A stretch of DNA of 55,186 nt, the filler included, from Jimgerdemannia flammicorona (lineage: Eukaryota), in the NCBI GenBank assembly GCA_003990765.1. It is 3 parts of 3 records of this genome, joined end to end, with 100 filler letters (N's around TTAATTAATTAA, not from the genome) between each part and the next. Parts side by side here need not be neighbours in the genome. Positions count along the whole stretch, not along the records: positions 18,432 to 36,760 come from RBNJ01002237.1; positions 36,861 to 55,186 come from RBNJ01002238.1; 1 more part is not named here. One strand, written 5' to 3'. Each line of letters opens with the position of its first letter. Position 1 is the first letter of the stretch. Below the pieces are notes generated by a model. The model worked only from the letters and a program-made list of their open reading frames with translations. It was not told the origin of the DNA and did no database searches. Shown piece by piece: positions 36,414-46,444 of the stretch. The position numbers and the translations under genes are program-made.

Positions 36414-36760
36414 TAGTGCTCCGAACAAGTCAATCCGGATGGGATTCGGATGGATTCGAATTGGATTCGAATCAGATTCGAATTGGATTCGAATCCCATC
36501 CGGATGGATTCGAATCGGATTCGAATCGGATTCGAATCGGATTCGAATCAACCATTGTTTTGATTTCCAAATTAGACAATTAAATGTTTACATCAATAAC
36601 TTGATGAATAATTATCCAAATTTGATGATCTTTGTGTCATTTGAAAGCCCTTAATAAGGCCTTTCTAATGATACCAAGAACATTAAAATCGGATTACGTG
36701 TTGCCGAGATATTAAGGAAAACGTTCCATTTGACGAAATTTCCAAAATCGGCAAATCAAA
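36414..36760. mobile_element. Left arm of a hAT-like MITE, running into the gap
   Basis: Starts TAGTGCTCCGAACAAGTCAAT, has a GGATTCGAATC array, and is an inverted homologue of ~50-326. Confidence 0.75.
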
Positions 36761-36869
36761 NNNNNNNNNNNNNNNNNNNNNNNNNNNNNNNNNNNNNNNN
36801 NNNNTTAATTAATTAANNNNNNNNNNNNNNNNNNNNNNNNNNNNNNNNNNNNNNNNNNNNAAAAAAAAA

Positions 36870-39800
36870 GAAGTGGAGAAGGCAGTAGTAGAGGACAGGG
36901 GTCTGGGAGAGCAAGCTTTGTAGAGATGATGAAGAGGAGATGGCAGGCATCTGGGCTAGAGGGATGGCTGAGGAAAAGCAAGGAGATAGAGAAGGTAGCA
37001 GTATATAGGGGAGTAGCTCTTAGCAGTGGGGATAGTGGAGCTGGGGGTATAGTGGCTAGAGTAAATATGACTGCTGATAGTATGGCTGAGTGGCTGGGGC
37101 TTGGAGGGCAGGGGGATTTGGCAGATGGTGTAACAGGCCTAACAGTAGCCCTGTTACTCAAAAAATTGATCTCAGCATTTATAGTTATACTGTGCTTCTG
37201 GGGCCTAGCAGTGACAGCAAAAATGGTACTGGGGCTTATCACTAAGCAGGTGGCTGGAGCAGTATTGGTAAAGTTTCTGAAGAGATTGAAGGGAGTGGAG
37301 GTGAGCTTTGAGGAGGCTGAGCCTTTGGAGGAGGTGCTAAAGGTTGGATTAACTGTTGGGGAGATATGTATCTCTATGGCATATTGCCTAAGATAGGATC
37401 TCAGGGTGATACAACTGCTGATAAAAGGAGTACCCACAGTGATGGCAGTGGAGATAAGAAGGAGAGTTGAGAAGGTTATAGCAGAGTATGGCAAGATAGC
37501 AGACATCAGATTTAGGGTCTGGGAAGGGACCTCACTCAGGACTGGGAATGTTGGTATATAGATTTAGCTGACAGAAAAGGAAGCTACCAGGAAGGCAAGG
37601 GACTGGTCTTCAGTAATGGTCTGGGAGGCAATCTTATATAAGGTGACAAGGGTGAAGGAGAGTGAAAAGGAGGAAGAGAACTTGTTGGAAGTGCTGGAAG
37701 AGCTGAGTGGTGCTGTAGAGCAACAGGTGAAGGCTTGGAAGACTTTTGTGGAGTTGACACACTTGGAGGTAGTGGATGGAAAGTGGATTCGAGTGGACAA
37801 GGAGCAGTGGGAAAGAGCTCAGAGATGTAAGAGATAGAAGGAGCTGCTGGCTAAGCTGGAAAATAAACCACAGAAGGATGCAGGTGGAGTGGTGGAGGCA
37901 AGGGGTGCCAAAGCAAGTATCTGGGCCAGTGAGAGTGGCAGGAGTGCAGAGAAGGAGACAGAAGAGGACAGAAAGATGACTGGCAATGACCTGTATGCTG
38001 ATGGTACATTTGAGGTCTGGGAGAAGGCCTGGGAGGAATTACCTACTCCTACTCCTCTTATTAGGTGAGGTCCAACTTCCCAAAGCAGGGTGGTAGAGGA
38101 TGTGCCAATGTGGGAGACCCAATATATGCAATTTGGAGTTCCTGAGATGGTGAATGGGGGACAAGTAGTGGTGGTTGGAGAGGAGGAACTGGTAGATATC
38201 CCAGAGGTATGGGATGAGTCTGCAAGTACCAGAGCTGACACCATGATGCTGGATAGAGAAAGACCAGTGACCCCTGGAGGGAAGAAGATGGGGAACCTAC
38301 TTTGGATATATAGGATGATGAATAATCTGGTGGCTGAAGAGTTGGAGGAGGTAGACTTGAGAGTAATGAGCAATAAGTATTGGGTACAGATCCTGTAGAG
38401 GGATGGAGTGATGTTGGCATTGAAGGCAGAAATCCTTACAGTATATCTGGAGGAGGAAGGATATGAGGTAGATAAGGAACAAGAGGCAGAGCTGACAGGT
38501 GTTGCTGGGGAGAGGGCTAAATACTGCTGGACCAAGTATCATAGATTGCAGCTCTGGCAGAAGGCCTATCTGAAGTACCAGGAGGAGTTTGAGGAGAAGG
38601 TAGATGGGGAGATAAATGAGCTGTTGGCTGGATTGGAGGCCCAGAGAGCTGAAGAGGAGGCATTGACTACAGAATATAATCTGGACATAGTGCAGGAAGA
38701 GATGAATATAGAGCAGTAGAGATGAACTAGATAATACACCATATTTCATTATGAATAGTATAACTAATATTTTCTCTTTAAACATGAATGGGTTATGGGG
38801 TGCTTCTCGATACAGAAACATTTTTACTTGGCTGAAGAGATTGGAGGCTGATCTCTTCCTCTTGTAGGATGTCAGGTGTGAGAATGACTTAGATAGGCTG
38901 GAATGGACAAAGAAATGGGGAGGTGAGGTAGTTTGGAAGGACAAGGTTGGAATTCTGGTCTGAAAAGGCAGAGGAGAGATATGGGATATAAGGAGCTGGG
39001 GGAATAGATTGGTCTAGAGAGAGTGGATACATATAGGTTGAGAGCCAGTCACAGTGGTCTCCTGTTACTGCTCTGCTATATGAAGTAAGTGTGTGGATTA
39101 GGTGAAGAGATTCCAGAAGAGTGGGGTCCTTGTAGAGACTGGGGTGGATGTGTTTGTGGAGACTTCAATATGGTCTAGAATATACTGATGGATAGAACAG
39201 ATGGAGAGCAGGGAGCTGAGAGTAGGAGTAGAGGGCTGGTGGTATAGGAGGAAGTGGAAAGGCTAAGTGCTCTGATAGATACTAGTAGGGAGTATTGGGA
39301 GGATAGGAGGGTATACATGCACTGGGCAGGGGGCCTGGAGATGAGGATTGGCTGGATATTGATGGCCAGCTACTGGGGCTTAGATGTTTGGAAGTTACTG
39401 GAGGTGGAATGGTGTCCTTGGTCAGATCATTGGGGGCTGTTGGAGCAGAGGCATTTTGGGGGGAGTGGGGATGGGCCTGGACATTGGTGCCTCAATTCCT
39501 CTTTATTAGATAATAGGATCTGGTGAGATGAGTGAGCTGAAGACATTCAACTGAAGGTGGAGAGCTAGAGGCAGAAAGGTGCTCCAGTTGGTGTTCAGTG
39601 GATGAGGATGAAGGAGATAGCCAGGGTCTACTGGAGTGAGGCTGGCAAGGAGGCTGGGAAGCAGAGGAGGTAATGGGTGAGATGGGTTTCTATTAGACTG
39701 ACTAGACTTTTGGAGGATTGAGCAGGGCTAGCAACATTGGAGGGGGGAGAGGATTGGAGATTAATGAGGGTGAAAATGGAGGTTGGAGAATTACAACAGA

Positions 39801-40495
39801 TGCTGCAGGAAGAGGAGGAGGCAAGGGTGCAGAGCTTGGTGGTACAGCTTCATTGGCAGGGTTTGGAGGAAGGGAAGAGGCCCTCTAAGTATCTCACAAG
39901 GGCCCTTCAGGTAAGAAGAGTACAGCAAAGGTGGGAGGGGGTGCTTGACTCTGATGGTATACTGGTTCATAGTATATAAGATATTTTTGAATCATTAAAG
40001 AAGCAATGGAGTGGATTGTGGAGTAAGAAGGAGGGTGGGGCAGATGCTGCTAATATTGACCAGATATTGGAAGACTGGCACCCTCTACAAGTGGATGGGC
40101 TGGGTGACTTGGTATTGCCAGTATAAGAGAAAGAGATCCATCAGATTCTTGCCACTACAATACTGGATACAGCATCTGGAGAGGATGGTCTGCCCTGGGA
40201 CTTCTGGAAAAGATGGTGGGAGTCCCAGGAGTACTGGATGAGATGATAGCATTGTGTGATTTTATACTACAGACAGGGAGATGGGTGGGGGAGCAGAATC
40301 TGGGGCTGGTGATATTGCTTTACAAGAACAAAGGAAGGTGAGAAGACTGGAAGAACTGGCAACTAATTATGCTGCTGGATATGGACAGAAAGTTAGTGAC
40401 TAAGGTAGTGGTCACAAGGCTACAGAAGGTGACCCAGCAAGTCTTGGGTGTTGAGCAGAGGGGCTTTATAGGAGGCTGGCTCATTAGAGATAGTA
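36870..40495 (+). mobile_element. L1/Tx1-like LINE copy B (decayed ORF1, APE endonuclease, start of RT)
   Basis: ORF1 is homologous to copies A and C. ORF2 has IFSLNMNG (38768), GDFN, SDH (39422), then GEDGLP and DWKNW..I.LL...EQRGF. Confidence 0.9.
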
Positions 40496-40499
40496 CAGT

Positions 40500-42948
40500 C
40501 TGTAAATGCTATTTAGAATATGCAATGTCTCAGCAAGTTTTTAGTGAATAATGAATAGAGTCTTCAGTAATGAGATTGGAAAATAGCTCTTTGTCTATGT
40601 TGATAATGTGATTATCTTCAGCAATACTATATGGAAATATGTCAACCATATACAGCTAGCTCTCAAGAAGCTCAAGGAGTATGACCTCTATATTAAGTCC
40701 AAGAAGTATAAGTTTGCAGCTCAAGAAATTGCCTACCTAGGACATATTATCAACCAGACTGGAATTTACATGGACTCCATGAAGATTGAGGCTATAGCAG
40801 CCTATCCAAGATCCAGAACAACTATAGAAGTTCATACCTTTCTTGGACTGGCCTCCTACTATAGAATATTTATCAAAGGATACTTTAACATTATAGTACC
40901 TATCTATGAGCTACTGAAGAAGGAGACCAAATTCAAATAAACTAAGAAGTATTAAGAAATCTTTAATAAACTCAAGACCAGATTGACTCAAAGCATCTAT
41001 TCTCAGAAGACCAGATTGGAACCTAGAGTTTATTCTGTAGACTGATACAAGTACTATAGAACTTAGAGCAGTCTTAGCTCAGAAGAAAGATAGACATGAA
41101 TATGTCATCTCCTATACAAGCTAAGAGCAGAACACAACTATGAGTCATATAAGCTAGAATGCTTAGCAGTAGTTTGGACAGTAGACAAGTTTCACTACTA
41201 TCTAGCCAGAAAATACTTCACTATTCAAACAGACCATTCTGCTCTTACCTGGCTATTCTACATACTGAATCTCAAAGAAATATATGTCAGATAGATCTAC
41301 AGACTATAAGAGTATGACTGTACTGTCAAGCACTACTCAGGAAGAACTAATGCCAATACTGATGTACTCTCAAGAATACTCTAAAATATCTCCATCAAGA
41401 CTATTTAACATGAATAAGGAGCTATACTATAGATTAATAAAAGATATCCAATCATATCAAACCCTGGACTATCACTATCATCAATCAGACTTGGAAATAA
41501 TTTGAACTAGACAATACTATACTTAGAAACAGAGAAAAGCTCATAATATCTAAATATAAGAAGTATCAAGTAATGAAGGAAGTATATAAACAAGGATATC
41601 TAGAAGAAACCAATACATATGACAAGGTAAGAAGAACTATATGGTGGCCCAAGATAGAAGAAGATCTGTACCAATTTGTCAAAGAGTGTGACAAGTACCA
41701 AAAACAGAAATAAGATCAGTAAGACCAGATACCCAGGTCATCAAGAATTGAGTCTATCTCCTTCTACCACATTGTAATAGATATCATTGGACTACTATCA
41801 ATAATACTATCAGAAAACTACTATATTATAATTATTGTAGACCTCTTTATCAAATAGATAGAAGTAGGAGTATTACAAGAAGTCAATGCTCTCTCTATAG
41901 TCAACTTCCTATACTGAGAAATCATCTGCCACTACAAGACACTAAGGCAAATCACCACAGACTGCAGCACAGAATTTGTCAATAGATTCCATGAGATAAT
42001 ATATCAGAAATATAAGATTCAGTATATCAAGACCACTGTATACTACTCTCAAGAAAATGGACAGATAGAAAGAACCAATAAGACTCTTAAGAATATCCTG
42101 GCAAAGATCTCAGACATATATGATAATTGAGATAACTACCTCCCAACTGCCCTCTCTGTCCTACAAGATATATAGTTACAGAGTACACACTTTACCTCAA
42201 GAGAACTGCTCTTCAGAGAAGAAGATTCTGATGAAACCTTGGTTATAAATCTAGACCTAACTTGGAGACAGATTGACTCAGAAATCTGAAGACTACACTA
42301 AATCAGAAAGAAGGCTGAGAATTATATTATCAAGTTATAAATACTGACAAGGAAGAGTAGAAAAGAATTACAAGACTCTAGAACTCATCCAAATCAGAGA
42401 AAAGATCCTACTATATTAAAATATGGTAGAAGCCTCATGGTTATGAAAACTAGAGCTCAAATGAGAAGAATCTTTCTATATATAAGATATCAAGAGAACT
42501 ACCTTCTGGCTTAGACAACTCTCAGTTACTATACTGTCTACTATGGTATATAGGAACAGACTGAAGTACTATAAACCTATATAAGAGAAATAAAACATGA
42601 TGACTGCTCATGAGGTTCTAGTTTGTGAATCATAACAGTATGTTCTATAACTAGCAGGTAATCTGTCTGGACTATTCTCTAAGAGATATGGTACCAACAA
42701 CTACTCATCCATAAGACTTTTGAAGCTAAAGGAGTTTGAACCATCAACTGATTAGTCAAAATCAAAATCAGGCCCTTGCTCTATATAAAGAGAGCAACTT
42801 TTCACCATTATACCAAAATATATAAGAAAGATGCTAGTCTATAAACACCACTTTTTGACCCCCTGCCAGAGGTTATGAGATCAGCAAATTTTTCAGACTA
42901 GACCAAAAATAAGAACATTCAAAAGAAGATCCTTATTCAGGAGGAAGA
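40500..42948 (+). mobile_element. Gypsy-C internal 3' part (RT C-half, RNase H, integrase without chromodomain, PPT), heavily decayed
   Basis: VYVDNVIIFS, FLGLASYYR, TDTS..ECLAVVW..TDHSAL, WWPKI..ECD, IDIIG, NGQIERTN. PPT AGGAGGAAGA at 42939-42948. Confidence 0.9.
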
Positions 42949-44403
42949 TGTAACAGTGACCTCAGAATGGTGATATCATCACAGAAGACAGCTTTTTCTT
43001 ACAAGTTACCAAATTGGAGCATAAGAAGATCATATAGCATAACTCACCCAAGCTACAAGATGAGTAATAATGACCAATCATGAGTCATCATGACTACAAG
43101 ACAGATATCTTGAGAAATATAAAAGAAGGATCAAGAAACCACAGTAGCAGTAACTCAAAAAGGCTCACATAAATAGTTCAAAAGACTTACTATAAATAAA
43201 ATATCAGCTGCCTGCCAAATCTTAAGGTCCAGGAACCACCAAGGCCCCTCAGTCCAGGAAAGAATATTCCAAGATATCAGAAGAGCTATGAGGATCTATA
43301 TAAGAAGAACTCCTAGCCTTAATCCTGGGTACTGGTGACCCTTATCATTATATTCTCTATTGCTATAAAATGGAAACAAAGATCACTATTGCTACTGAAT
43401 ACCTCTGGATATAGCAGGAGTATGAAATAGGAAACCTCCTCTACTAGGAATTCCCTCAGGCCAGTCCTCAAGAGATATAAGATACCACTCTCATAGATAT
43501 ATATAAAATAAGAACAGCTAAGAAAGTTCATCAGATCTTCAGGCATACACCATAGTCAATCTCCAACTTGGAGTATACTAGAATCTCAGACTTCAAGGAA
43601 CTGTTAGCCCACTATACCAATGTACTAGAGACCATAGTGACCACAGAAGCCTAGTCCACTATCACCCTCAATAGTGATGAGATAGAAGAGTTCTGGTATC
43701 TCATTCTCCAGAACAATCTAGATCAATTTCTATAAAGATTGATCTCAGCATTCCAAGGTTCCAGTATCTAAGTTAGATCTCTCCAAGACCCCACATTTGT
43801 TCCTTATTTTGAAGAAGAGAATGTCATAGATTGGAGTGCCCCCACTACTACTAAATATGATGACATCATCAGTAATGATGTCATTCTGCTAATTGGAGAT
43901 ATGTGTAAAGTATGCAAAATATATAATATATGCAAAACAGATGAGATATTCACAGATCTCATTTCCTTCAGTGGTGATGAAAATAAAGCCCCCATGGTCC
44001 TAAACATTCTGCTCTAAGTTCTTGATAATACTGAATTCTATCAGTATTCTTTTTTTATATAACTGTTATTCTTTTAGTATTCTGATCTTACATAACTCAG
44101 AAATTCTTCTAATATTCTTTTTCTGTACTACTGAAATCTACTGACATCCTGAACTTATATAATGTAACGGTGACCCCAGAATGATGACATCAGTACAGGA
44201 GACAGCCTTTCTTTACAAGCCACCAGATCAGAGTACAAGAAGATCATATGGCATGCGAGATGAGCAACGATGACCAACTGTGAGTCATTGTGACCACAGC
44301 ACAAGCATCCTGAAGAATATAAAAGAAGAATCAAGGAACTATAGTAGCAGCAGCCAACAAGAACCCCAATCCCAAAATAGCTCAAAGACTTACCACAAAC
44401 AAA

Positions 44404-45164
44404 ATGCCTGCTGCCTGCCAAACCTCAAGGTCAAGGAATCATCAAGGTATCTCGGTCGAGGAAAGGATGTTTCAAGACATCAGAAGAGCCATGGAGATCC
44501 GCTCAAGAAGGACTCCTAGTATCCACCTGGGTACTGCAGACCCCTATCACTTCATCCTCTACCGCCATGAAATGGAAACAAGGATCACCATCGCCACCAA
44601 ATGCCTCCAAATGTGGCAGGAGTACGAAATAGGAAACCTCCTCTGCTGGGAGTTCCCACAGGCCAGCACCCAAGAGCTACAAGATGCCACTCCCATGGAT
44701 ATATGTGAAACAAGGACAGCTAAGAAGATCCATCAGATCTTCAGGCATGCACCATGGTCGATTCCCAACCTGGAGTATGTTAGAGTCTCAGATTTCAGAG
44801 ACCTGTCATCTCGCCACATCAATGCACTAGAAGCCAGGGTGGCTACAGAAGCCCAGTCCACTATCACCCTCAACAGTGAAGAAGTAGAAGACTTCTGGCA
44901 CCCCATCCTTCAGGATAACCCAGACCAATTCCTGCAAGGATTGATCTCAGTATTCCAAGGCCCAAGCATCCGGGTTAGATCCCCCCAAGACCCCACATTT
45001 GTCCCCTATTTTGTGGAGGAGAACCTTATAGACTGGAGAGCTCCAGACCTTGTTCCCGATTTTCCCGCCACACCCGAACGTGATGATGTCATCGATGACG
45101 TCATCCCGCGCAACATCGAGGCACGCGAAAATGACGAAGTATTCGCGGACCTCATCTCCTTCAG

Positions 45165-45195
<31 letters not shown>

Positions 45196-45225
45196 GCTCC
45201 CATGATCCTGAACTTTCTGCTCTAA
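44404..45225 (+). CDS. Intact LTR-C U3-encoded ORF, 273 aa, unknown function, acidic C-terminus
   Basis: Open frame with TATAAAAG at 44318 upstream. A colinear decayed homologue lies in the older LTR. Ends in a poly-Asp tail. Confidence 0.8.
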
Positions 45226-45232
45226 AGTTCTT

Positions 45233-45400
45233 TGTTACACTGGATAATGCCAGCACCGGTATTCTCATGTAACACTGGATAATGCCAGCACTGGTATTCT
45301 TATGTAACACTGGATAATGCCAGCACCGGTATTCTGAGGTGATGCGAAATTGTTCCAGCACTGGTATTTTGATGTAGTACTAAATAATGCCAGCTCTGGA
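45233..45400 (+). repeat. 35-bp tandem repeats in U3 of LTR-C (enhancer-like)
   Basis: TGTAACACTGGATAATGCCAGCACCGGTATTCT at 45233, 45268 and 45303, plus two degenerate copies, upstream of the LTR TATA box. Confidence 0.85.
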
Positions 45401-46360
45401 ACTCAGTAGTTTTAGTTATTGGAATTTATATTTAGCTTTATATCTTAGCAACCATTGAATTATATTTTGTATAAATACCTCCCTTATTTCCTCTGAAATA
45501 AAGTCAGTCAAGTTCTGGTTTTATCTACACACACTTCCTTGCAAGCAATCTAAGAGATAACAAGACAGTTAAAGATAAGAATTTTGAGGACTATAAGACC
45601 TTGGGAAGGCACTCCAATAAGAACTTGCTTATAACAACTTGAGTTAGTCTAAGAGATATATCTTGAAGAGAATCTGGCATATTTGAAGAACTCAGCGACC
45701 ACTACGTGACAATAATTATTTGTACAGATACTTGAATTTGTACTTATAACTATAGTTTTCTGTGTTCTAGTATTTTATTCAGTTATGGACTTTATATTTA
45801 GCTTTATAACTTAACAACTATTGAATTATATTTTGTATAAATACCTCTCTTATTTCCTTTGAAATAAAGTCAGTCAAGTTCACTTATACTAATTCTATAC
45901 AAGCAATCTAAGAGATAACAAGACAGTTTAAAGATAAGAAGTTTGAGAACTATAAGACCTTAAAAATATACTCCAATAAGAACTTACTTATAACAAACTT
46001 GTGGTTAGTCTAAGAGATATATCTTGAAAGACTCAGCAACTACTATATAACACTATAGAGCCTTGATAAAAGATCATTATTTAGTAAATAATTTCTTATA
46101 TTCTTAACCAATTACTAGTATATTTAAATAGATTTTCTAACAAAGAGATAAATTGTGATTCTGGCAATAGATAGTTCTCTTATTGATATAAACTTTGGTT
46201 TTGAGATATTGACTAGTATTGATCACTCTCTCATCTATGACCTTGAGTTAGATCATTAAAAAGATATCTTATTTAAGCTTAGAAAGTACTTGAAAAGCTT
46301 CTCATAATTTAGTAAACTCTTCTTTAGAAACCTTGAATAAGTAACTATAACTATATCTTA

Positions 46361-46444
46361 TATAAGCACACAATCTCTAAGTTACTGAAATTATATATCA
46401 CCCTCTGAATAAATCCAGAAATTATATGTAAGATTATGAAGCTG
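46361..46444 (+). mobile_element. Decayed 5' tip of an LTR-A-like LTR, interrupted by Gypsy-D
   Basis: TATAAGCACACAATCTCTAAGTTACTGAAATTATATATCACCCTCTGAA aligns to the LTR-A start. Confidence 0.7.

Larger units (their letters stand above)
44163..45711 (+). mobile_element. Solo LTR-C (1549 bp) with 4-bp TSD ATAA
   Basis: TGTAAC...GTGACA termini. ATAA at 44159-44162 and 45712-45715. TATAAATA near 45470 and AATAAA near 45498. Confidence 0.92.
42949..46052 (+). mobile_element. 3' LTR-C of Gypsy-C (~1.55 kb, older copy) split by a younger LTR-C
   Basis: Starts TGTAACAGTGAC after the PPT and ends TATATAACA. 42949-44162 plus 45716-46052 is colinear with 44163-45711. Decayed ORF at ~43202-44017. Confidence 0.9.

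Noticed and set aside
35992..36654. 220-aa ORF with repetitive WIRIGFESDSN tail
   Set aside because: LINE ORF1 reading through into MITE subterminal repeats.
36870..37870. LINE copy B as the continuation of copy A across the gap
   Set aside because: It restarts near the ORF1 N-terminus and is diverged, so it is a separate copy.
46053..46360. AT-rich stretch possibly from another decayed TE (also 19580-19970 and 20380-20670 with local palindromes)
   Set aside because: Too degraded to assign motifs or boundaries by eye.
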